Source: Sphingopyxis sp.
GTDB lineage: Bacteria; Pseudomonadota; Alphaproteobacteria; Sphingomonadales; Sphingomonadaceae
DNA: 64,000 nucleotides
Direction of reading: 5' to 3'
NCBI GenBank assembly: GCA_013821905.1
Contig: PNJO01000001.1
Span: 5,989 to 69,988, forward strand
A model generated the notes under the pieces. It did not search any database and had not been told where the DNA came from. It saw only the letters and a list, made by a program, of their open reading frames with translations. Below are positions 19,292-27,733 of this stretch, piece by piece (position 1 is the stretch's first letter; every line of letters starts with the position of its first letter). A program made the translations under genes and the position numbers.

Positions 19292-19453
19292 ATGAACAAA
19301 TGGTCCCGGTGCATCGATCAATTCTTCCTCGCCGAGAACCGGCTTCCGCCATTGACGCGCCTGTTCCTGGTCGTCGCGATTGCGTTCGTTGCCGCGCTCG
19401 CTGGCGACCTCGTGAACATCGCCGGTTATACCGTCGGCTTGTTCGTCCGCTGA
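19292..19453 (+). CDS. Small hydrophobic membrane protein, 53 aa (not in the ORF track)
   Basis: GAGGTG RBS then ATG; MNKWSRCIDQFFLAENRLPPLTRLFLVVAIAFVAALAGDLVNIAGYTVGLFVR. Confidence 0.55.
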   Translation: MNKWSRCIDQFFLAENRLPPLTRLFLVVAIAFVAALAGDLVNIAGYTVGLFVR

Positions 19454-19487
19454 CCGGGCTGAGCCCGAGCGTGTGCATAATTTGAAG

Positions 19488-20120
19488 TCACCGCGCCGCG
19501 ACCTTTCGCATGATCTCGAAATAGCGCGCATTGATTTCACCCTCCTCGTCGCCGATCGGGGCACTTTGGCGATAAAGATAGGAAAGCTTCGGAAAGTAGG
19601 GTGCGCGCTGGCTCGTCACACGAAACTGCAGATCGGCGGCATGCCGCTTGGTCTTCTCGACGACGAAGGTCGCGAGCGTGATCCTGTGCCCGTCGACAAT
19701 ATCCCAGACCTGTCCCTCGATACGCCCGTCGCGCAACTGCCCCTCAACTTCCAGCCGCGAGAAGATATGATATTGCCGTAACCCCTCGCTGATGATCTCC
19801 CCCTGAGCCGCCCCGTCATAGGTGCGTAGCGCGAGTTTCACCGGCTCGCCTTCGACCGATGGATCAAGACCTTCGGGCGAGCTGGCCTCGTCGACTGCCC
19901 CGCTCTCGCTCGACCAAACGCCGGTAAACGCCTTCGAGACATATATTTCGTCCGCCGCGTCCCGCGCGAGCTTCGGTGCCTCCGAGCGAAAGCTGTTGAT
20001 CACTGCCGGGAATTGCAGTGCGCCGAACACCGCTGCCGCCGCCCAGCCCGAAAAGGCGAAGAGCGGCCTCTGGTAAAACGCTGCGGGTTGCGCAGGCGCG
20101 GGTGGAGCGCCATCGCCCAC
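19488..20120 (-). CDS. Membrane-anchored hypothetical protein (start uncertain)
   Basis: Hydrophobic LFAFSGWAAAAVFGALQF followed by a beta-rich soluble region. Confidence 0.55.
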   Translation of the reverse strand: MGDGAPPAPAQPAAFYQRPLFAFSGWAAAAVFGALQFPAVINSFRSEAPKLARDAADEIYVSKAFTGVWSSESGAVDEASSPEGLDPSVEGEPVKLALRTYDGAAQGEIISEGLRQYHIFSRLEVEGQLRDGRIEGQVWDIVDGHRITLATFVVEKTKRHAADLQFRVTSQRAPYFPKLSYLYRQSAPIGDEEGEINARYFEIMRKVAAR

Positions 20121-20244
20121 CGGCCGTTTGCGCTTGGGTTTGGAATAGGGTTTGATAGATACGTCCTTCGGCGCAAAGTTAATCGAACGAAGAACAACTC
20201 CGCCAGTAAATAATTCTGGCGTCGGGCAAGGAGAAGCGCCCTTC

Positions 20245-21357
20245 ATGTACGCCAGGATTTCGCGCACTTATCTGAAACTGCAGGCCCGCTTGCGAGGCGA
20301 CCATCGATCCCCCCTTTGCGCCGAATGCTTTCAGGATCATGGGCTGCGCAGGATGGCGCGCGCTGTGCGTGGCAAGTCGGTCCGGTGTCGCCAATGCGGG
20401 GCGGTCTCGGTGCACGGCCTCTCCAGAGAGCAGCTCCACGACCTCTGCCAGACCTTCTTCGTTCGCGGAAGCATCATTGCCGCCGACTATGGCGCCTCTC
20501 CCCTCATTCAGTTCAATGACCTGCGGGAAAACGAACTCGACGTGGAGGGCGAGATCAATGCCGACATCGCTCTCCTGCACAAGACGATCGGGATCGGATT
20601 CTTCCACTATGGGCCGCGCCTCTGGATGCTCGGAGCGGTTGAACCGCTCCAGAAACTTCGAACCAGGCGGGGGCGCCGGCCCGTCATCAACCGGATCCTT
20701 CGCACCTATCCTGTGCGCGAACTCACGCCCCGCGACGAATTCTACAGGGTGCGCAAGGCCCCGGCCGAAGCGTCGGACGCGGCCCAATATGACGCGCCGC
20801 CGGATGAATTTTGCGGGTCGGGACGGCTCGATTCGCCGAGCAATTCCATGCTCTACGGCTCGCAGGATATCGAAATCTGCGTGCACGAATGCCGGTTCAG
20901 TGCGGGCGACGAACTTTACGTCGCGACGCTCGCCCCGACCCGGACGCTTCGCCTTGTCGACCTCACCGAAATATTGGAGGAGACGGGAACCGAATTCGAC
21001 AGCCTCGACCTCACGGTACTGATGCTCTTCCTGGCTGGCAGCCACGCCTATGAGATCACGCGCGAGCTTGCCGCTTCCGCGCGCGCCAAAGGGTTCGACG
21101 GCATCATCTACCCATCCTATTTCAGCATGCTGCGCACCGGCGGCATGCCGTTCGAAACGATGTTCGGTATCGCGATGCGCCGCATTCGCGAGACACGCAG
21201 CTATGAGAAGGCCAAGGTCATCGGAAATCTCGCCTTGTTCGGCCACCCGATCGCTGACGGAAATGTCCAAGTCGCCGGAATCAATCGACTGGTGATCAGC
21301 AAGGTGGCCTATGCGGTGACATTCGGTCCGGTGATGTCACCGGAACCAAGCGGGTGA
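20245..21357 (+). CDS. RES domain protein with N-terminal CxxC...CxxC Zn-ribbon
   Basis: CAEC...CRQC; GRLDS...LYGS...HECR...GFDGIIYPS. Confidence 0.85.
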   Translation: MYARISRTYLKLQARLRGDHRSPLCAECFQDHGLRRMARAVRGKSVRCRQCGAVSVHGLSREQLHDLCQTFFVRGSIIAADYGASPLIQFNDLRENELDVEGEINADIALLHKTIGIGFFHYGPRLWMLGAVEPLQKLRTRRGRRPVINRILRTYPVRELTPRDEFYRVRKAPAEASDAAQYDAPPDEFCGSGRLDSPSNSMLYGSQDIEICVHECRFSAGDELYVATLAPTRTLRLVDLTEILEETGTEFDSLDLTVLMLFLAGSHAYEITRELAASARAKGFDGIIYPSYFSMLRTGGMPFETMFGIAMRRIRETRSYEKAKVIGNLALFGHPIADGNVQVAGINRLVISKVAYAVTFGPVMSPEPSG

Positions 21358-21485
21358 CGATAGGTCATCGGTGGCGAAGTCTCATGCTGCAATGCCGGAG
21401 GATCGGGGCACGGGTTCGCGCGCGATTGGTTCGCACTCGCCTGCAAGAGCCCGGTCCTGCGCGGGAGAAGACAGAGGGGGTGAAC

Positions 21486-22286
21486 ATGACCGAAGAATCC
21501 GAAACGGCGGCTCCGTCACTCAGCGACACGTTGCGCCAACAGACGGTCGCGCTCGCGAACGGATTGGAAGCCACGCTGCTGCGGCATATCGCGAACCTGC
21601 CGGCTCCGCCGACGCTCAGTGCCGCGACCGAGGCACAGATCAAGAAGCGCGTGCCGCCAAAGGCCTTGCCGCGCTCGCTGACGCCCGATGGGGCCATTGC
21701 GCTGCTCGCGCTAGAGATCGACGATATCGGGACGCGTATTTCGCACTATCAGTTCATCGAACGCTATTGCGAGCATTTCAACGCCCCCGATCAGGTGTGG
21801 CGGGCGGCCTTCGTCACGCACACGCATATCCTGCGCGGGAGCGAAATCTATGTGATCATGGAGCGCAGCTGCGAATGGCTGGACTTCTTTGCGAGTTTCG
21901 CCGGCGACATCGGCATTACCGCTACAAAACAGTCCAAAGCCCTCCAGAAAAAGTTCAAGAAGCATTTCGAGCGCCATCTGCGCGAGCGCCACCGGATCGT
22001 CCACGTCCATGAGCGGCCGTCGCTCGTCTCGCGCATGCTCAGCGTACCCCCTGCCGAAATGGGCCGGCCCGAGGTGGCCGACGTGTTCGCGACGGTCCTC
22101 GGCGCCCTCACGACGATGATGAAAGAGAGCCTCGGAGAGGCGGCAGACGGCGCGAGCCCGCAGCAGACCTTCGCGACGATCAATGACTTGCGGCTACGGG
22201 CCGTCGACAAGGAATGCCTCGACATGTGGGATTTGTTCCAGGATGCGATCAATAGCGCGATTGATCCTTCGAGCCTGCTCAAATGA
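21486..22286 (+). CDS. HEPN-like protein (Cthe_2314-like)
   Basis: All-helical with RHRIVH (Rx4H); strong RBS GAGGGGG. Confidence 0.6.
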   Translation: MTEESETAAPSLSDTLRQQTVALANGLEATLLRHIANLPAPPTLSAATEAQIKKRVPPKALPRSLTPDGAIALLALEIDDIGTRISHYQFIERYCEHFNAPDQVWRAAFVTHTHILRGSEIYVIMERSCEWLDFFASFAGDIGITATKQSKALQKKFKKHFERHLRERHRIVHVHERPSLVSRMLSVPPAEMGRPEVADVFATVLGALTTMMKESLGEAADGASPQQTFATINDLRLRAVDKECLDMWDLFQDAINSAIDPSSLLK

Positions 22287-22930
22287 CATATCCGGCAACA
22301 CTGGAAGAGAAGGCAGGGCTCTATCTCAAGGCCATGCACGAGGTCCGGGCGCGGCTTCGCTGTGTCGATGACCTGTTGAACCGCGACATGGCACCGCTTC
22401 TCATCGACGAATTCTGTCAGTTGCAGCTCCGCCTGTCCTGCGAGTGCCTCGCGATCGCCTGCCTCGCGGCGCAAGGCGATTTCGAGACCCACAAGGATTT
22501 GCGCGAGCGTTATCAGCCAAGCCTGATCTTCAAGGCGCTCGAAGGGCTGTATCCTGCCTTCTTTCCGACACCGTCGATTCTTCAGCCCACGGGGCCGGGG
22601 AGCTGGCATTTCGACGATGTCGGGCGTGGTCATGCGATCACGCGCGAGGAGGTAGAACAGATCTGGAATCTCTCGGGCGATCGCCTCCACCGCGCATCGG
22701 TCAAACGCTATCTCCAGGACGTCAAGCAGACCGATTTGCTGGCTGTCTGCAATGCCAAGGAACGGTTCTGGAATCTTGTGCTCGACCATATGGTGGTCCT
22801 GGCCGACCAGGTGTCGCGCCTGCACGTCCATGTCGAGCGCGAGACCGAGGACATCCGGTGCCATTTCCTGTTTCTCGATCTCGAGACCGGAACCTCGAAG
22901 GTGCAGGCTTTCGATATCGAGGTCGAATAG
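22283..22930 (+). CDS. Hypothetical protein, possibly divergent HEPN
   Basis: ATGA overlap with the upstream gene; QLRLSCE...WNLSGDRLH. Confidence 0.6.
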   Translation: MTYPATLEEKAGLYLKAMHEVRARLRCVDDLLNRDMAPLLIDEFCQLQLRLSCECLAIACLAAQGDFETHKDLRERYQPSLIFKALEGLYPAFFPTPSILQPTGPGSWHFDDVGRGHAITREEVEQIWNLSGDRLHRASVKRYLQDVKQTDLLAVCNAKERFWNLVLDHMVVLADQVSRLHVHVERETEDIRCHFLFLDLETGTSKVQAFDIEVE

Positions 22931-22934
22931 GGCG

Positions 22935-23368
22935 GTCGCCAAGTCGCAGTGATTATGGTCGATATCGCCATGGAATTCGCCGCCCTGAATCGGTAGAGTG
23001 AAACCGAAATTTTCTTCTCGAATGTGGATTGTCACATCGACATGAGTTCCCAGCGGAAGCGCTGGTAGCTCCCAAGGGTCGACGAAGTTCTTGAACACGT
23101 CGAGTTGCTCTTCGAGAATCTCCTGTCGAAGTCGCGTCTTCAGTTCGTCCAGGTTTCCGTCTTCGTCTCAGTCGAGCACCCGGCGACGCAGGGCGGTCGT
23201 CTTAAGCTCGACACTCTCAACGGCTTGTACCGCTTCCTGTAGCCAATAGGCCGGGTTCGCAGTTTTGATCGCGCTTTTGACTGCCAGCTGGACCGGAATG
23301 CTAGCGGTGCGCGAGCAGCAAGGGAGCGGATAGTCAGCTTTTCCATATCCGGGCCGTAAAGCTGCCAT
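22935..23368 (-). pseudogene. Decayed hypothetical gene with in-frame TGA
   Basis: The track ORFs starting at 23368 and 23098 share a frame across the TGA at 23168-23170 (RRVLD*DEDGNLDELK...). Confidence 0.45.
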
Positions 23369-23446
23369 TCCGCAATCGGCCAGATCCGCCCAGGGCGCGC
23401 TCCTCTCGCTTGAAAGATTTTCTGATTGTCCCGATAGGTGAAGCGG

Positions 23447-23473
23447 TCAAATCGAACGATTGACTCGATTTGA
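23447..23473. promoter_or_regulatory. Inverted repeat, likely TA autoregulation operator
   Basis: TCAAATCGA-N9-TCGATTTGA ending 15 nt before the antitoxin ATG. Confidence 0.6.
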
Positions 23474-23488
23474 ACTACTGGAGATATT

Positions 23489-23740
23489 ATGCAAACCATC
23501 ACGGCCAATGAAGCGAAAACCCGCTTCGGCGAACTGATCGACCGTGTGCAGCGGGAACCTGTGCGGGTGACCCGGCATAACCGCGTCGTCGGCGTGATGG
23601 TGTCGCCAGAGGACTATGCAGCCATGCAAGACTTCTACGCCGACAGACTTGCGCGCACTCTCAGCGAAACCACACGCGAAGCCGCTGAAAAGGGCCTGAC
23701 CGAGGACGAACTCGCGCGACTGCTTTCCGATGAAGGGTGA
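23489..23740 (+). CDS. Phd/YefM family antitoxin
   Basis: MQTITANEAKTRFGELIDRVQREPVRVTRHNR. Confidence 0.92.
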   Translation: MQTITANEAKTRFGELIDRVQREPVRVTRHNRVVGVMVSPEDYAAMQDFYADRLARTLSETTREAAEKGLTEDELARLLSDEG

Positions 23741-23804
23741 CGCGTTCGTTCTCGCTACCAATGTTATTAGTCCGCCCCGTCAGCAGAATCCGCGGGCGCA
23801 GTAA
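23730..23804 (+). pseudogene. Truncated PIN/VapC toxin stub, 24 aa
   Basis: Overlapping ATG; MKGDAFVLATNVIS resembles the PIN VLDTNV motif with D->A. Confidence 0.65.
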
Positions 23805-23839
23805 AAAGAACGCCCGCCCAATCGTAACCGGGCGGGCGT
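23803..23839 (-). terminator. Rho-independent terminator
   Basis: 10-bp stem ACGCCCGCCC/GGGCGGGCGT followed by TCTTTTT on the minus strand. Confidence 0.7.
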
Positions 23840-24210
23840 CAGAAGAAGAGCGGTGTTTCCTGAAAGGAAGAGCTCTCCTGGGTCGCACGGCGCGGATAGC
23901 GTCGCAGACGGAATGATTATTGTACGGCAACGCCAAAACGGATCGCCGGAAAACGGCCATTATTCGCTGGTCTGATCGGAGGGATCGCGCTCGCCGAGAG
24001 CCGTGTGAACCGAGCGGCCGACCTGAAATCGGATGCCGAGCTTTTTCGCGATGCGGCGCAGGGATGCGCGGGCTGTCTTACGCCGGTTGGGCGGTATCTT
24101 CACAGGTTGGGGTCTCCGGAATTCGTGGATAAGCAAGCCGCCGCATGAGCAAGGGAAGCGAAGTGCAGAAATCTGCCGAGATCGATGCACCAAGCGCAGG
24201 GCATTGACGA

Positions 24211-24666
24211 TCACTCGTAAATGATCTCGTTATCTTCGTAAGGGGCGGCGGTTGCCTCTTCAGGGGTGGGCGGCATGTATAGGCCGCCTCTCGCCGCGTT
24301 GACGAAACGCCGGACGGTCATCGGTCCCTCCAAGGTTCCATCGGCAATGAGGTCGATCGGCGGATTACCACCGAACGAGGTAGCGCTATGGGGTTTGTGC
24401 AACCAGGCGACGCCCTCCAGTTCGTCGGCGAAGAGGTCTCCCAGGCCCTGGTGAATTCCGAGCACCGCCGAGATCCGCATCAGGACGTTCTCTTCCAAGG
24501 CGATTTCGCGATGTTCCCGAACCCTCTTACGCCAGCGACTATAGGCCGAGCGGGATGGAGAGCCGAGGATCAGGCGTTGCTGCTCCCCGGTGAGTCTCCA
24601 CAGGCCCGCGATGGCCAGAAAGGTACGGAGGGCCGGTGCGCTCAGGCGGCGGCGATCATCGGTCAT
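24211..24666 (-). CDS. Xre/MbcA/ParS (DUF2384) antitoxin
   Basis: LSAPALRTF..IA..W...RISAVLGIHQGL..LF...WL..P...FGG.PP...VRRF. Confidence 0.85.
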   Translation of the reverse strand: MTDDRRRLSAPALRTFLAIAGLWRLTGEQQRLILGSPSRSAYSRWRKRVREHREIALEENVLMRISAVLGIHQGLGDLFADELEGVAWLHKPHSATSFGGNPPIDLIADGTLEGPMTVRRFVNAARGGLYMPPTPEEATAAPYEDNEIIYE

Positions 24667-24943
24667 CGTCAGCCCCGCTCCCGGAGTCACCGGACTTGGG
24701 GATAGCCAGTATCAAAGCATCGCGGATCAGCGCGAGAGGGCCGGCGCGGCGGTCATGATCGCGCAGGATCAGTTCTTCGGAAATCCCGGCGACGCCGGCT
24801 TCCCGATATTCATCCTGATGGACGCGTATTTCATATGTCCCGATGGGGCCTGAGCCCGCGATGTTCCCGGCGGTGATCTCGCCAACTTTGCGTTTCAGCT
24901 CGGCGCGGCCCCACGGCCAGACCTCGACAGTTACGACCAGCAT
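24656..24943 (-). CDS. Small hypothetical protein
   Basis: Protein-like 95 aa ORF overlapping the antitoxin start. Confidence 0.65.
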   Translation of the reverse strand: MLVVTVEVWPWGRAELKRKVGEITAGNIAGSGPIGTYEIRVHQDEYREAGVAGISEELILRDHDRRAGPLALIRDALILAIPKSGDSGSGADDDR

Positions 24944-25086
24944 ATAATTATCCTAACATCCATATCTTGAGGTTAGCGTCGGCAACTTACCCTTCGCCTC
25001 CGCTTTTTGCAGGGCTTCACCCAACGGCCATTCTTCGGCCAACCGGAAAAAGCGCGCAGCGCAGGCGCGAGAAGAGCCTCATTGCT

Positions 25087-25554
25087 TCATTGCTCACCGA
25101 AGCACGCCCCGTCGAAATCTGAGGACGCTGTCAGGCCCTTTTTCGTCAGTTTGAAGAGCGGTCCGGCCGGATCGAAGGCGGGTGCGAAATAGAGCGCACC
25201 ATCGATGAGGCGGGCGCAATATTCCGAGTGCCAGACGGGAACGAGGCCATCGATGCCGATTTCCAGGGTGACCTTCTTGGGCCCGATGGACGGTCTGGAA
25301 ACGCTGACAACGATGGCGTCGCACTTGGACATGCACATGGCATTCTCGACCCGTCTGCGGCCGCCGTCGTCCAAAGTGACGGCAGGTACGATCAGAAGAT
25401 ATGCGTCGGGTGCGATCAGGAATTGCGCGAACTGGCGCGGCAGCATCGAAATATCGCTGTCCAGATCGAGGCCGGCGATCTCGATGATCGTGAGGGCGAT
25501 CTTGAGGATCTCGGCCTCTTCGGCCCGGTCCCTGGCGGTCATATATTTTTTCAT
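25087..25554 (-). CDS. Hypothetical protein, apparent paralogue of 26966-27502
   Basis: 155 aa ORF; shared C-terminal pattern. Confidence 0.65.
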   Translation of the reverse strand: MKKYMTARDRAEEAEILKIALTIIEIAGLDLDSDISMLPRQFAQFLIAPDAYLLIVPAVTLDDGGRRRVENAMCMSKCDAIVVSVSRPSIGPKKVTLEIGIDGLVPVWHSEYCARLIDGALYFAPAFDPAGPLFKLTKKGLTASSDFDGACFGEQ

Positions 25555-25824
25555 CGTCTATCCATTCTTGCAGCGGCTCCGGCTGGCTGCCGCTGCTTTC
25601 ATCTCTTCGCTCCAGCCGTCAGACTGGCTCCTTCCATTTGAAAGCGGCGGCAGGCTCTGCTGCCGCCGCGGATATTTTTACCTATTTCTTGTGAGTTCCG
25701 GCGGCCATTGCGTGGAGATTCCGCAATGCCTGAATTGGCCGCAATCCGGACGGTCGCGAGGGTCAGAGGCCAAGCCGGAATATTCTTGGCTTAATCTTCC
25801 TGTCGTAAATCCGTATCTATATTC

Positions 25825-26073
25825 ATGGAATTGCAGGAGAAAAAAGAAGTCATGACGATAGCGTACAAGATTCCGGCGTTGGACCTTCACCAGGGGCACC
25901 GGGTTGAATTGCAAGAATATGGCCTGGCGGAGTCGATGACCGTATTCGAGGTGTATCAGGGAAAACCTGCCGCGAAGGACGTGCTTCCCGGCGGATATGA
26001 TCTGTCGATGCTTCCGATCGAGGATGTATCGCGCAATGACGACGATGACGTGTCCGAAGATAATGCCGGATGA
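25825..26073 (+). CDS. Small acidic hypothetical protein
   Basis: AGGAG upstream of an internal ATG; acidic tail. Confidence 0.4.
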   Translation: MELQEKKEVMTIAYKIPALDLHQGHRVELQEYGLAESMTVFEVYQGKPAAKDVLPGGYDLSMLPIEDVSRNDDDDVSEDNAG

Positions 26074-26204
26074 CGTTGATTGTCGCGCCCCGGTCGGGTG
26101 CGCGCGGAATTGTAATCTACATCGCCGATGATCAAAAAGAGGTAAGCGTGGTTGACGCCGAGGAAACTCAGCAGGCCATTTGACGCATCCCAAAGATCGA
26201 ATTC

Positions 26205-26239
26205 CAGGCCTCCTTGCGATGATGTCGCAAGGAGGCCTG
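26205..26239. repeat. Perfect 15-bp inverted repeat
   Basis: CAGGCCTCCTTGCGA-tgatg-TCGCAAGGAGGCCTG between convergent ORFs. Confidence 0.8.
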
Positions 26240-26369
26240 CATCGGAGAGATGCAGATCTTTGTCGACGAACTCAGCGACGAAGCCCGGATCAGCCAATAT
26301 ACGGACATAGTCGATGCCGTCCGATATCTGGTGCGATCCGGTAAAAATGGATATCCGCTGATCTGAAGG

Positions 26370-26966
26370 TCAGGATCTTCGGCGCTCCTGCCATTCCGCC
26401 CATTCAGCCGCGATCATCGCCTTGCCCGCATCGGCGGAAAATGGCCGGACGAACGGGCCGAAGCCGTAACATTGCAGTTCGCGGGCCGGTGCCATCAAAT
26501 GAATATGCGGTGGGTTCGTCGAGCCCACGGTTACGGGCAGGTGCATCGCCGCAATCACGGCGACATTGCGCTCGCGGCACAAGCGTTCGATCGCAAATGC
26601 GCGAACATCCTCCCAGGCCCGATGCAGGCGATCGGGGTTGGGAAAGCGCAGCGTGATCATGACGAAGAGGTCCTTGAGATTGCTGCACGCCTGCTCTTCA
26701 TATTTTTCGCAGAGGTGTTTCGGATCGCGAAACTCGTCGTTCGCGTGAGGTGGCAAAAGAACGTCCCAGCGATAGCAGCTAGGCAGCCATGGCGCAGCGA
26801 CGTCGACCTTTTGCCCCGGGCACAGGCGCTTGAGGACCGAGGTGGGAACGGTCCGGACGGGGCCATCCTTGATCTGCCGGCGCACGACGCCGAACACGAA
26901 GTTCGGATCGTCACCGCCAGGAATGGGCACGAAGTCGAGCTCGCCAGGGGCAGGGATTTTCTTCAT
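26370..26966 (-). CDS. Stand-alone MobA/MobL-like HUH domain protein
   Basis: DVLLP..A...RDP..L; AAMHLP...NPPHIHLM His triad; TGATG coupling to the upstream gene. Confidence 0.7.
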   Translation of the reverse strand: MKKIPAPGELDFVPIPGGDDPNFVFGVVRRQIKDGPVRTVPTSVLKRLCPGQKVDVAAPWLPSCYRWDVLLPPHANDEFRDPKHLCEKYEEQACSNLKDLFVMITLRFPNPDRLHRAWEDVRAFAIERLCRERNVAVIAAMHLPVTVGSTNPPHIHLMAPARELQCYGFGPFVRPFSADAGKAMIAAEWAEWQERRRS

Positions 26967-27502
26967 CACCACGACCAGCCTCCGATCTTGTGCGAAGTGA
27001 GGTGCGCGCTCGCCCGATCGATCCCGGCATCGCGATCCCAATCGTCGGCAAAAGGATGATGCTCCGACAGGAACAGACCGCGCTGCATCAGATGGATTGA
27101 TGGACCGCTGCCCGGCGGAACGAGCCAGCTATCGCCGGCGAGGCTGCGGAACAGGCGATAGCACAGTAGCCATTCGAGATCGGCAGGGCTGGGCAGGGCG
27201 ATGTCGACCGTCACATCGGTCGACGATCCGTCCGCTGCTCGCCGGAGCAACAAGACCGGGTGGCCCGTCGCGATCGCGACGACTTCGGTCTCGCCCAGGA
27301 ACAACGGAGCCGCAGCTGCGGTGGCATGGACGATTATATTCGGAGTCTTCAGAAAAAGGCTCCCAGGGAGCAACGTCGCCGCCATTCCACGGTCGGGACG
27401 GGCCGAACTGTGCATCAGCGCAGCAACATGGTGCATGAGTTTGCTGTCGGCGCGCGTCACCGCGGGGAGTGGAACACTGCCCCTCAGGACAGTATGTAAC
27501 AT
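26966..27502 (-). CDS. Hypothetical protein (start uncertain)
   Basis: Coupled to the MobA-like gene; resembles 25087-25554. Confidence 0.6.
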   Translation of the reverse strand: MLHTVLRGSVPLPAVTRADSKLMHHVAALMHSSARPDRGMAATLLPGSLFLKTPNIIVHATAAAAPLFLGETEVVAIATGHPVLLLRRAADGSSTDVTVDIALPSPADLEWLLCYRLFRSLAGDSWLVPPGSGPSIHLMQRGLFLSEHHPFADDWDRDAGIDRASAHLTSHKIGGWSW

Positions 27503-27696
27503 GGAGCCGTAACCGTCGGTCGGGTCCAGTGGATCGGATATTGTCGAAAATTGCACGGGCATTGCTCTTAATTGGGAACCCGGTTGCCGGGGCTCAGGCG
27601 GCAGCCCAGCTTCAGATGCTTTCATCCTTCCAGCAGGGCCAACCTGCCTCATCTTCCCCTTTCAAGCGGGAGGAACCGCCGCAATCCTGTCTGCTT

Positions 27697-27726
27697 GACG
27701 CGGGTTGCGTGCACGCAACCCGCGTC
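27697..27726. repeat. Perfect 30-bp palindrome with parS-like core GTTGCGTGCACGCAAC
   Basis: GACGCGGGTTGCGTG|CACGCAACCCGCGTC just downstream of the relaxase stop. Confidence 0.75.
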
Positions 27727-27733
27727 CGGCGGC

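Noticed and set aside
23960..24214. ORF after the Xre antitoxin as its RES toxin
   Set aside because: Only 84 aa with no RES motifs; coding status doubtful
25956..26297. 113-aa minus-strand ORF
   Set aside because: Weak start, contains a long hairpin, overlaps a plus-strand ORF
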